From positions 1-56,192 of IMG/VR virus record IMGVR_UViG_3300008113_000177: DNA of 56,192 bases. One strand, 5' to 3'. Positions 16,875-26,249 of the stretch are shown here, one piece after another (the first letter of the stretch is position 1; every line of letters starts with the position of its first letter). The DNA comes from a virus. Taxonomy: Duplodnaviria; Caudoviricetes. The position numbers and the translations under genes were made by a program. The notes under the pieces are model-generated. The model made no database searches. It was not told the origin of the DNA and saw only the letters and a list, made by a program, of their open reading frames with translations.

Positions 16875-17891
16875 ATGGCTATTGACTTCAACGGTGCTTT
16901 GACGCTTGCGGACCAAGCAGCAATCAGCAATGACCCTCTCGTCAAAGAAATCACCAAATCTCTTCACAAAACGTGGAATGCCCTTAAGGATATTCCTCTC
17001 TACACATCACCATCGCTCAAGCAGATTGGTGTTCGTTACCTCAACTCCGGTATCCCTGCGCCAAACTGGACGGGTGTAAACTCTGAACCAGTCGCAGTAA
17101 AGGGACGCCCAAAGTCGTACGAAGAGCAGATGTACCTGATTCGCAACAAGATTCTTGTTGACCACGTACTTCTCGACCAGCCTACGAATATTATCGACCC
17201 AATCGAAGCTCAGGTACAAATCTTCCTTGAAGGTTTTGCTTATGATTTCAACGATAAATTTGTAAACAATAACCCGCTAACAGGCAATATTGACTGTTTT
17301 CCGGGTCTTGCTTATCGTATGGACAACCCTAGTGACTTTGACATTCCTTCTGAAATGTCTTTGGTTGCACCAGACGCTGCCCGTATTGATATCTCTGCTA
17401 GTACAACATCTGCTACGGCTAACGCATTCTTTGCTTACCTCCAGCAGTTGCTTGACAACATGAATTCCCCAGATGGAGATGGTGTTGTTTTGTATATGTC
17501 TGAGAAGGCAAAGCGTTCCGTTGAGTTTGCTATCCGTACTATGGGTATTGGTGCTGGTTTCGATGTCACTCGTGACTCGTTCGACCGCCCAGTTGAGAAG
17601 TACAAGAATGCAACCGTTCGTACAGTTGGTCGTAAGGCTGACGGTACTACGAGTGTAATCTCGGATACTCAGACCGCATCTGGTATTACAGGTTCCGTTG
17701 CTTCCTCCATCTATGCAGTTCGTTATGGAACTGGATATGCACAGGGATGGCAGAGTGGACCATTCAAGCCAACCTACCTTGGTCTCTCCAAGGAAAATGG
17801 CATCATGCACAACGTTGTCTTCGACTGGGGTATCGGGTTGTGGATTCCACACACTCGTGCTGTTGGTCGCTTGTTCTGCCGAGTCGCATAA
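16875..17891 (+). CDS. Major capsid protein
   Basis: 338 aa after scaffold; IDCFPGL, SSIYAVRYG and terminal RAVGRL are typical of HK97-fold MCPs. Confidence 0.85.
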   Translation: MAIDFNGALTLADQAAISNDPLVKEITKSLHKTWNALKDIPLYTSPSLKQIGVRYLNSGIPAPNWTGVNSEPVAVKGRPKSYEEQMYLIRNKILVDHVLLDQPTNIIDPIEAQVQIFLEGFAYDFNDKFVNNNPLTGNIDCFPGLAYRMDNPSDFDIPSEMSLVAPDAARIDISASTTSATANAFFAYLQQLLDNMNSPDGDGVVLYMSEKAKRSVEFAIRTMGIGAGFDVTRDSFDRPVEKYKNATVRTVGRKADGTTSVISDTQTASGITGSVASSIYAVRYGTGYAQGWQSGPFKPTYLGLSKENGIMHNVVFDWGIGLWIPHTRAVGRLFCRVA

Positions 17892-17909
17892 TAGAAAGGA
17901 AGAATAGAA

Positions 17910-18482
17910 ATGGCACGTGATAAGAAGGCTTCCTTCAAATTTACAGCTGTAACTGGAGCAACTGCTCCTCAGATGAACCAGACTGCAACAACTGATAAGT
18001 TGGGTGCAACCATTACGGTTACAGCATCATCTGTTGCTTATCGTGGCGCATCTGATGTGTTCTCGACTCCAAACATGATTCTTGCAGCTGCTGCAGACTT
18101 TGCTTCACAGGCAGATACTGCTGCATCAGGGTCATCTGACCTTGCAGGAACAAACGGGCAGAATAGCCCACTGTTTGCAAAAGTCATTTACACAATGGGT
18201 GGAACACTTACAAACATTGGGTCTCCAGTTTGGAAAGTCGTTGCTTCTGCTGCATCTACAGTATCTGCTGGCGCACTGTCCTCGTCTCCTGTAAGTATTT
18301 CGGCTGAAGTCCCACTTCAGACTTCCGCTGGAACGTATGTTGCATACCTACCTGTATTGTCTCCTAAGCCATATTGGCAACTGCAACTTACTGGTACTGC
18401 TTCTGGTTCTGCATCTGGAGCAACAGTACAGGTAGTTATGGCTGCACTGGTCAATGGACGTGATGGCGCAGTCGGTCTCTAA
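17910..18482 (+). CDS. Probable capsid decoration/minor head protein
   Basis: A/S/T-rich beta protein directly after MCP. Confidence 0.5.
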   Translation: MARDKKASFKFTAVTGATAPQMNQTATTDKLGATITVTASSVAYRGASDVFSTPNMILAAAADFASQADTAASGSSDLAGTNGQNSPLFAKVIYTMGGTLTNIGSPVWKVVASAASTVSAGALSSSPVSISAEVPLQTSAGTYVAYLPVLSPKPYWQLQLTGTASGSASGATVQVVMAALVNGRDGAVGL

Positions 18483-18500
18483 TTAGACTAAGGTAACAAG

Positions 18501-19142
18501 ATGACACTAGGTGAAATCAAACAAAAGGTCAGGATGATAGGTTTGCACCACTTTGGTAGCAAGCAAGACCTTGACCCATTTGGCTTAGAATACCTAGTGT
18601 TGGAAGCTGCCAATCAGATAGCCCGTAAAACAGACTGTTTGTTTGGCAGACGTTACCTAGACTTAGAAGATGGTACAGACGAGTATTGCTCCCCTGATAT
18701 GTATCGTATTAGGGGAGTATTCAAGTTAGAAGATAACGAGTACCGACGGCTACGACTGTTAGACTTTGCTGATAGGCAAGTAGACCGCTATAGGACTCAA
18801 GGTGACGCTGTTATTGACGCTTGCATACTTTATGCAACGAATAGGCTTAGGTTCCTTCCTACGCCAATCTCAAGTGTTACAAACGGCGTGATGATTGAAG
18901 GTTACTGTCAGCCTGGAATGATATGGCAGTACGATACGAACGGTAATGCTGTACCTCTGGCAGATGACCAAGAGTGTCCATTGCCAGACTCAGCACACGA
19001 CTGTCTTGTTTTTAGTGTTCTTTACTCTCGTGCTATGCAGATGAAGGATGCTAATGTACTTGCTATATATAAGGCAGAATATTTAGATAGACTGGGTATG
19101 GTTGAATCTAACTCTGCTATCTATGGTCGAAGGACAGTTTAA
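18501..19142 (+). CDS. Head-tail adaptor
   Basis: MTLGEIKQKVR start, LRFLPTP, ECPLPDSAHDCLV. Confidence 0.6.
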   Translation: MTLGEIKQKVRMIGLHHFGSKQDLDPFGLEYLVLEAANQIARKTDCLFGRRYLDLEDGTDEYCSPDMYRIRGVFKLEDNEYRRLRLLDFADRQVDRYRTQGDAVIDACILYATNRLRFLPTPISSVTNGVMIEGYCQPGMIWQYDTNGNAVPLADDQECPLPDSAHDCLVFSVLYSRAMQMKDANVLAIYKAEYLDRLGMVESNSAIYGRRTV

Positions 19143-19882
19143 TGGCAACCCTGACTACACTTACATCAGAGGTTATTCGCCTCCTGAACGAAGCAACTAA
19201 CTCCTCAGTAGGTGAAGTTGGCGATGGTTCAGGAACTGTTACGACTACGACCAATCAAACGATTGAGGTTTACCTCAACGAAGCTATTAAAGAAACGTGT
19301 AGGACTTGTATATACGTTCCAGCAAAAGGAACAGTTACTCAGTCCAATCCTATTATCAACTTGTCTAGCATTAGCCTAGACTCAACCTATGTACCAACTG
19401 ACGCTTCAACGGTGAACGACGCTAGTAGTATGTGGTTTCCTCTAACTGTCCAATCTGGGCTTACAAACCTAGTCCACTGTAGTGAACCTACCCTAAGGGC
19501 ATATGACCCCACGTTCGAGTCTACAGCGGCTGGTACGCCTAAGTATTGGTATCGCTCTGGTGATTACCAGATAAGGATTTATCCTGCTCCATCAGCATCC
19601 ACTGTATTTACTGTTTATGGTTGTGGCACACTTGGTGATATTGGTGCTACATCTGTTACGGTTATTCCTGATGACTTGCAGTTGAGAATGTGGGCTAGTT
19701 ACGCTGCCTACAAGTTGGCATTAAAGAATACGGATGACCCATCTGTTGCTCAACGTGCCTTCTGGGGAAATTGGTACAACGAGACTCGTATGAGATTGTG
19801 GTCTCAACTTGATACATTCTTGCGTATGCCAGGTTCTCCATTTGCAATCCCTCCAGTTACAGGTGGTTCCGATGGAAGCTAA
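19142..19882 (+). CDS. Second head-tail adaptor-like protein
   Basis: YLNEAIKE, GTPKYWY...IRIYPAP, IPDD..L...YAAYK pattern. Confidence 0.6.
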   Translation: MATLTTLTSEVIRLLNEATNSSVGEVGDGSGTVTTTTNQTIEVYLNEAIKETCRTCIYVPAKGTVTQSNPIINLSSISLDSTYVPTDASTVNDASSMWFPLTVQSGLTNLVHCSEPTLRAYDPTFESTAAGTPKYWYRSGDYQIRIYPAPSASTVFTVYGCGTLGDIGATSVTVIPDDLQLRMWASYAAYKLALKNTDDPSVAQRAFWGNWYNETRMRLWSQLDTFLRMPGSPFAIPPVTGGSDGS

Positions 19883-20141
19883 AGACATCCTCCCAGTAGT
19901 ACTTTCTACTTTGCTAACCGGCGTATCGTCGTTCTTAGGCGCATCATTTACGTTTGTACGTAAAGTAGACAAGCTTGAGATTATGCTGGCTAACCTTACA
20001 ACACAAAGTGAGATTCAGTATAAAGACCTGAAGAGTAGCATTCACGATATGCGAGTTGAGATTGTACGACTGGATAAAGAGTTGCAGAATGTCAAGGAAC
20101 GACTGAGAGTCCTAGAGGAAAAGACTAAGACATCAAGATGA
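19872..20141 (+). CDS. Membrane-anchored coiled-coil protein (lysis-associated?)
   Basis: N-terminal TM helix plus heptad region; start revised to ATG 19872. Confidence 0.55.
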   Translation: MEAKDILPVVLSTLLTGVSSFLGASFTFVRKVDKLEIMLANLTTQSEIQYKDLKSSIHDMRVEIVRLDKELQNVKERLRVLEEKTKTSR

Positions 20142-20473
20142 ACATAGCCTGGAGTAGACTGGTATGGATTGCACTTGGTGCATTTATGGCTAGTGCTGGA
20201 CCCGCATTCAATATGGAGTGGGAAGCAAAGCACATACCAGATACTGCCACGTTTGGTTATGTTATGAAAGCGTTTACGTTATGTGCTATTGAAGGAGTAC
20301 GTGCAGGTGTTCCTGCACTGGTAACTGCGGTAATAGCATTCTTTGTACGTCAGGACTCAGATGCAAAAGTCTTTCAGTTGCAGTCTCAAAAAGAAGTAGT
20401 ATTGAAACATATACGTGAGAGTTCACCAAGTGACTTAGTTTTTGGTAAGTCAACTAAAGAGGAAATAACATGA
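20138..20473 (+). CDS. Holin-like membrane protein, module copy 1
   Basis: Two hydrophobic segments; similar to 22645..22896. Confidence 0.5.
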   Translation: MNIAWSRLVWIALGAFMASAGPAFNMEWEAKHIPDTATFGYVMKAFTLCAIEGVRAGVPALVTAVIAFFVRQDSDAKVFQLQSQKEVVLKHIRESSPSDLVFGKSTKEEIT

Positions 20474-20652
20474 GCTGGCTAAGTAAGTTATTGAAGAAGA
20501 CTACTAATGTCCCTGAGGTCAAGATACCTTTTGGTGAGGCTATGATTCTGAGTCAGATTGCTGACAACCTAGACTTTATGAGTGTGAGTGACCTTGAGAT
20601 GTTGCGTGACCTTACGCTAGTTGCTATTGAAAATCGTAGGGTGAAGAAGTGA
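20470..20652 (+). CDS. Hypothetical protein
   Basis: 60 aa, coupled overlaps on both sides. Confidence 0.6.
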   Translation: MSWLSKLLKKTTNVPEVKIPFGEAMILSQIADNLDFMSVSDLEMLRDLTLVAIENRRVKK

Positions 20653-20876
20653 ACCTCCAAAACTTCCGCATTGAAAAGGAACAAGCACCGTCTACCGATT
20701 GGAAGGTCTTTGGTGACATCTACGACGATAATGGCAATCTTATAAACACATTCGGTGTTGATGGTACAAGCGTTAATGTTTGGTGGGTTACTCAAGACGA
20801 ACAGTTTCAGTTTGGTATTGTCAGCCAGTTTGCGGTGATTATGGCACAGCAGATAACACAAGGTACATCTGAATAA
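20649..20876 (+). CDS. Small tail-fiber/spike-associated protein, copy 1
   Basis: Paralog of 22893..23120 (GD.YDD.GNL..T.G.DGTSV..WW.TQ). Confidence 0.7.
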   Translation: MNLQNFRIEKEQAPSTDWKVFGDIYDDNGNLINTFGVDGTSVNVWWVTQDEQFQFGIVSQFAVIMAQQITQGTSE

Positions 20877-22635
20877 TGGCTACTTATTATGTTGCGACAT
20901 ATGGCTCCAACAGTAACAATGGCACAAGTGCATCAACGCCTTGGAAGGATATATCTTTTGCAATTGGTGCTGCATCTGGTACTAATCCCGGTCTGTCTGC
21001 TGGTGATACCGTTTGGGTTGCGCCGGGGACATACAGGGAATCACTTAGTGCAGCTTTGCAGTATCTCGGCGGTAATGGGACATCTGGAAGTCCTATCACA
21101 ATTAAAGGTGACCCGCTATCTACTCAATCTTGGACTGCAACAACAGCAGGTGTTGTTCGGTGGACTGCTTTTCCTACTGACACAACTAATCCAACGACTG
21201 GTTGGGCTTTACTTACAGCTACAAGCAAAAACTATATAAACTGGGAATCCTTGTACTTTGACACTTGGGTAAGTGGCTATGCAATTAACCTGACAACGTG
21301 TAGGGGATGGACCTTCACTAAGTGTGTTTTCTCTGTAGTGCAACTGAACTGTCAAATCTTTACGATGACGAATACGGCTGGTACGCCATACGACTTTACA
21401 CTTGATAGGTGTGTATTACTTGGTGGGCAGTGTTGTACCGTTTCATGTGCGCGTCATTCATCCACTTATGATGTGAATATAAACATCAAGGATTGCATAT
21501 TCTTGGGATGTCCTCCAACTGGTCAAGCGTTGGTTTTCACACAATCCGGTACAGGTTCAGATGGTAATGGCGTAAAAATATACAACAGTCATTTCCAAGG
21601 GTTTGACAGTCAAACAATCTATGTTTCCAGTACGAACACCACTCACAACAGCATAGTCAAAAACTGTGTTTTGATTCGTGGCAACATTTTCGGCGGCACT
21701 ACTGGAGCAGTGGTTCAAACATATAATCGATTAATAAACGTAACACTGCAAAACACTGCAACAAGTGTAACAAGTGTTACCGCCGGTAGTGCTGGCGTAT
21801 CGTTAGCATATGAACGCATCAATGGTTTGACAGGTAACGATACTTTTGCACCGTATCCAAACAGTCCTAATATGCAAGCACAACAGGTGGCGGTAAGACC
21901 GGTATTGCCTTCAACGCTGCGAGCTTTACCGCTTACTATGTTCGACCTCCAGTTGCTGGAGTAGGTGGTACAGCAGTACAGATTACGTTAGCGACACAAA
22001 CAGTCAGCGGTGCGTATTCATCTGGTGGATGGGTTGAGGTAGACGCAACTAACCTTCCTGGAATCTATCGTTTTGACATTCCTAACGCTGTATTTGCCAC
22101 AGGCGTAGACCACGTTGTCGTTATGCTCAAGGGTGCATCTGGTATGGCTCCTGTTTCTTTGGAGTATCAGTTGACTGGCTTTGACCCATTGACATCTTGG
22201 CTTTCAGGAGCGCAGACAGCAACTGCTGTATGGGGTGCTTCACCTACTGGATACGTTGATGCAACCACCTTTGGTGGTGTACTTATGGAAACAAATTCAC
22301 TTGCAAATGGCATCGATGGTGAAGTGGGTGATATCCCATCTAACGTGTGGGAAGAGTTGAAGGTCAATCACACAACGGCTGGTACGTTTGGTGCTAAGTT
22401 GCAAGATAATGTAATGGCAGATGAACTCCTTGCAAGAGATGTAGGAAGTGGTTCAGGTGCAGGAGCAATCAACGAGCGGACTGTAAGGTCTGCTCTAAGA
22501 GGTTTGCGTAATAAGACTACAGTCATCAATAATGAGATGACTGTTTACAAAGAAGACGATACGAGTACTGCGTGGTCTGCTACAGTGAGTAGTAGTGATA
22601 GCAGTAAGACTATTACTGGCGTTGACCCAGCGTAG
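20876..22635 (+). pseudogene. Beta-helix tail spike/fiber copy 1, split by apparent deletion and frameshift at ~21870
   Basis: Similar to 23120..25096 up to ...SPN. Homology resumes in another frame at 21871 (ASTTGGGKTGIAF...AYYVRP...PGIYRFDIPNA), which runs into 22123..22635. Confidence 0.7.
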
Positions 22636-22644
22636 AGGTATTAC

Positions 22645-22896
22645 ATGAATAAAATCAGTATAAGCAGGTTGCTAGTTATTGCTCTTATCGCATTCGTTGC
22701 TGCGTTTACAGCAGTTTTTGGCGATGGTATCCGCACAAGCGAAGTACACGACATCAGCGAGCTCGGCGCAGTGCTGGCACTCTACGGCAGCAAGGCGGTA
22801 GCGGCGGGTGTCTCCGCTGCGGTAAGCAGTGTGCTGGCGTTCCTCACGATGCCGTTCAAGGGTACGAATGCAAACAGTTTGAAGGTGGGCAAATGA
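22645..22896 (+). CDS. Holin-like membrane protein, module copy 2
   Basis: Two TM segments; MNKISISRLLVIAL vs MNIAWSRLVWIAL. Confidence 0.55.
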   Translation: MNKISISRLLVIALIAFVAAFTAVFGDGIRTSEVHDISELGAVLALYGSKAVAAGVSAAVSSVLAFLTMPFKGTNANSLKVGK

Positions 22897-23120
22897 ACTT
22901 TCCAGACTTGGCTATAACACCAAACCCTAACGTGGTCGGTGACTACATTGTCACTGGTGATTTCTACGATGATGCTGGCAACCTGCTCGGAACTTACGGG
23001 CCAGATGGAACAAGCGTTTTCACTTGGTGGGCTACACAAACTCCTGAATTTCAACTGCGGTATGTGTCGCAGTTCTCGCAGATTATGGCGCAAGAAATAG
23101 CAAATGGAGTGACTCCATAA
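22893..23120 (+). CDS. Small tail-fiber/spike-associated protein, copy 2
   Basis: Paralog of 20649..20876. Confidence 0.7.
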   Translation: MNFPDLAITPNPNVVGDYIVTGDFYDDAGNLLGTYGPDGTSVFTWWATQTPEFQLRYVSQFSQIMAQEIANGVTP

Positions 23121-25096
23121 TGGCCACATACTATGTTCGGCAGGATGGAAACGATTCCAATACTGGATTAGGTTCGACTACTAACCTTGCGTGGAAGACA
23201 CTACAAAAAGCGTTAGGGGCTACTGGCATCGGCTCCGGTGATACTCTTTACATTGCCCCCGGAATATACATTGAGGCAGTTGTAATTGGTGGCACGTATA
23301 CAGCACCAACGTACGTGATTGGTAACCCAACAGCGTCACAGTTTAGTGGTGTAGCGGCTGGTCTTGTGAACCATACTGCACTAAATGCTTCAGGTACAGC
23401 AACTACGCTTTTAGGTGTGAATTTGCTTACAGGTACATCAAAGTCATACCTAAAGTTTTCCTATATTTACTGGAGCAACAATCTTATTAGTGGTTATGGT
23501 TCAGTTAGACTTGTAAGTATAAGTGGTCGTTACAATGAGTTTCGCAATTGTGTTTTTGAACACATGAACATTAACTATGATTCATTATTTCTAACCGCAT
23601 TAAGTAGCCAACCACTAGACGCAGTCGTAGATAAATGTATTTTTTATAAAGGTAATTATCAAATACGTTTTACTGGCGGTTCAAACCTTGCAGACACAAG
23701 TCAAGTGACATCATGCCTTGGGGTTTTACAAGGCTTTATATTTGTACAGACTGATTCAATACCATCAAAAATATACAACTGTACGGTTTTATCTAACACT
23801 TTGTATTCGATAGGCGTTACCGTTGGCAGTGCAACTAATCAATCGTTTGTATACAACAATATAATCCCCGGTACTCTTTATGTTGATGTCGCAAATAGTA
23901 TGGTTGAAAACTACAATCGTTTTGTCAGTAATAGGCAAGGAACAATTGCTGTAGGTTCAAACACGACGAACGCTGGTGCATATGGACTTGATATCGGTCA
24001 GACGTTATTGTTTGGTATTCCGAACTCACAGATAAATACATCTGCGCTGGTCAGTCCTAACCAAAGTTATGGCATAACCGCAAACGCTCCTGCTACCGAC
24101 CTCTATGGAATTGCTTGGACAGGGTCAAGCCCAGACGCTGGTTGTGGTACTTACCGGAACATCTCAACTTTGACTGGTTATCTTCCAACAGAGCGGAACG
24201 CTTCCGCAATCACAATCGCTCCCGGCTCGACCTCACAAAGCATCGAACTCTACCTAGGTGCTACAGGGCTGACATTTGCCACCTCCGGTCTAGCGGCCTA
24301 CTACGTCCGCAATCAGAGCGCTCCGGTGGCTATAACGCTGGTCACGCAGACAGCAACAGGCGCGTGGACATCTGGTGGCTTTGCAGAGATAAGCTCCTCC
24401 CTAGTGCCGGGCGTGTATCGGCTTGATGTTCCTAACGCGGCATTTGCTGCTGGTGCATCTGATGTCACGATTGTCGTTAGAGGTGCCTCTGGTACGAATG
24501 GAGCAGTCTTGACCGTTACACTTTCAAGTGGTGGCTTGACGGCAGCGCAGACAGCGTCTGCTGTTCTTGATGCAGTCGCATCAATACATAATAATGCTGG
24601 TTCTATTGGTGCATCTATACAAGATAAGGCTGGCTACTCGCTATCAACTCCTCAGTCATTCAGTACTACAGGGTCAGTTGGTAGTGTTACAGGTAACGTG
24701 GCAGGTAACGTAACAGGAACCGTAGGTGGTGTAGTTGGCAACGTAGTTGGAAACATTACTGGCTCTGTTGCAACTGTCGCTACGCCTGACAACATTATTG
24801 ATGGCGTGTGGGATGAACAACGTACTGGTCATACAGGAGCCGGTTCGTTTGGTGAGAAACTACAGACTAATGCTCTTGCGGATGAGATGCTTGCGAGAGA
24901 CCTTGGTAGTGGTTTGAATGCTGGTACTGCTGAAGAGCGTACCGTTCGTTCTGCTCTACGTGCGTTGCGTAACAAGGTAAACGTTGGTAGTTCTCAGATG
25001 GTTGTGAAGAAGGAAGATGACACTACGGATGCGTGGACAGCAACAGTCACGACTACTGCGGTATCATCCAACGTAAGTGGAATAGACCCTAATTAA
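23120..25096 (+). CDS. Tail spike/fiber with N-terminal pectin-lyase-like beta-helix, copy 2 (intact)
   Basis: MATYYV...G.DSNTG...WKT...GDTLYIAPGIY start, N/C-rich beta-helix repeats, GSVTGNV repeats. Confidence 0.75.
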   Translation: MATYYVRQDGNDSNTGLGSTTNLAWKTLQKALGATGIGSGDTLYIAPGIYIEAVVIGGTYTAPTYVIGNPTASQFSGVAAGLVNHTALNASGTATTLLGVNLLTGTSKSYLKFSYIYWSNNLISGYGSVRLVSISGRYNEFRNCVFEHMNINYDSLFLTALSSQPLDAVVDKCIFYKGNYQIRFTGGSNLADTSQVTSCLGVLQGFIFVQTDSIPSKIYNCTVLSNTLYSIGVTVGSATNQSFVYNNIIPGTLYVDVANSMVENYNRFVSNRQGTIAVGSNTTNAGAYGLDIGQTLLFGIPNSQINTSALVSPNQSYGITANAPATDLYGIAWTGSSPDAGCGTYRNISTLTGYLPTERNASAITIAPGSTSQSIELYLGATGLTFATSGLAAYYVRNQSAPVAITLVTQTATGAWTSGGFAEISSSLVPGVYRLDVPNAAFAAGASDVTIVVRGASGTNGAVLTVTLSSGGLTAAQTASAVLDAVASIHNNAGSIGASIQDKAGYSLSTPQSFSTTGSVGSVTGNVAGNVTGTVGGVVGNVVGNITGSVATVATPDNIIDGVWDEQRTGHTGAGSFGEKLQTNALADEMLARDLGSGLNAGTAEERTVRSALRALRNKVNVGSSQMVVKKEDDTTDAWTATVTTTAVSSNVSGIDPN

Positions 25097-25106
25097 GGAA
25101 TAAGCG

Positions 25107-25496
25107 ATGCCTACTACTACTGCTATGACGAACACTCTTGAGAGTGCGTTGATTAATCTTATATTGAATGGAACCGGATATACGGCTGGTCAAGTTACGT
25201 ATATTGGTATCTTGAGTGCGGCTGGTTCTGACTCAGCACAAACTGAGATGAGTGGTAGTTCTCGTCAAGCGATTGCGTTTGGAGCATCAACAAGTGGAAG
25301 TGCAGTTACTAATACAGGGGCTATTACATTCACTAACTCAGGTTGGGGTTCTACTTCTGTTTATGGTGTGGGTTTTTATACTGCTGCTTCAGCTGGCACT
25401 TGTCTGCTATACGGTAATTTTGATAGTGTTGTCACTGTAACTTCAGGTCAATCCCTCCAGTTCAACATTGCTGGCATTACTATATCTATGGATTAA
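25107..25496 (+). CDS. Virion structural protein
   Basis: LE..LIN.IL...RQAIAFGA...TNTGAITF...WG...LLYG pattern seen in tail-associated proteins. Confidence 0.55.
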   Translation: MPTTTAMTNTLESALINLILNGTGYTAGQVTYIGILSAAGSDSAQTEMSGSSRQAIAFGASTSGSAVTNTGAITFTNSGWGSTSVYGVGFYTAASAGTCLLYGNFDSVVTVTSGQSLQFNIAGITISMD

Positions 25497-25499
25497 TAG

Positions 25500-26249
25500 A
25501 TGCCTACAGAAGAAGAAGAAGGTGGACTGCCTCCTATTCCCGTACCAGTACCTGCTCCAATTGACTTTGGTCAGGGTGGTGGTGGCGATGCAGTCATTAC
25601 GATTGAGCCTCCAATCATTGTCCCTCCTTCTGACTTCAGCCTGTCTGGTCAAGCTACTGTAACCTTACCTGTCTTTGCTACAATATCTTTATCGGGACGT
25701 GCAACGACTAGTGTTACACCTGCTCAGATAAGAGCGGTATCTCTCAGTACTACAACAACTGCTACGACTCAGGTTAGGTTTGTTCAATCACTTAGCTTGA
25801 GTGGTAATGTTGGTGTAACAAGTACACCAGTAATCAATTTTGCATTAGCGTTGAATGGTAAGGCTAGTGTTACTACCGACCCTATTGTTGGTGGTGTAGT
25901 CGAAGCAAGTATCTCGTTATCAGCAAGTGCAAGTGTTGACCTTGATGTAGGTTACACTGTTTGTGAATGTCCTGATTACTTGTTTGACCCGGTAGATGAT
26001 TTACCTGCTGGTTCATTCCGTAGTGGTGTATTCATCCCTATATTTAGGTTGGCTGCTGGTAACGTATTTGTACCGGCTACAACTGAACAGACGTGGATAC
26101 GGCGTGGTGACAACGGTTGCCTTACGTATGGTCCTGTAGGTTTTCAATTCCCTCTAGGTCCACTAATGTTACGATATGCAAATGGTGTTTCTGGCACTAA
26201 GCATGATGGCAGTAAGTCTAATAGCTGGAAGCGCAGAGGGTGTGATTAA
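25500..26249 (+). CDS. Virion structural protein (Pro-rich N-terminus, SLSG repeats)
   Basis: ORF in tail cluster. Confidence 0.55.
   Translation: MPTEEEEGGLPPIPVPVPAPIDFGQGGGGDAVITIEPPIIVPPSDFSLSGQATVTLPVFATISLSGRATTSVTPAQIRAVSLSTTTTATTQVRFVQSLSLSGNVGVTSTPVINFALALNGKASVTTDPIVGGVVEASISLSASASVDLDVGYTVCECPDYLFDPVDDLPAGSFRSGVFIPIFRLAAGNVFVPATTEQTWIRRGDNGCLTYGPVGFQFPLGPLMLRYANGVSGTKHDGSKSNSWKRRGCD

Noticed and set aside
21860-21964. Programmed ribosomal frameshift in spike copy 1
   Set aside because: No slippery heptamer at the junction, and about 50 codons are missing relative to copy 2, which indicates a deletion.
20876-25096. Diversity-generating retroelement or invertase shufflon acting on the spikes
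   Set aside because: No reverse transcriptase or invertase, no adenine-specific TR/VR pair and no inverted cassettes seen.
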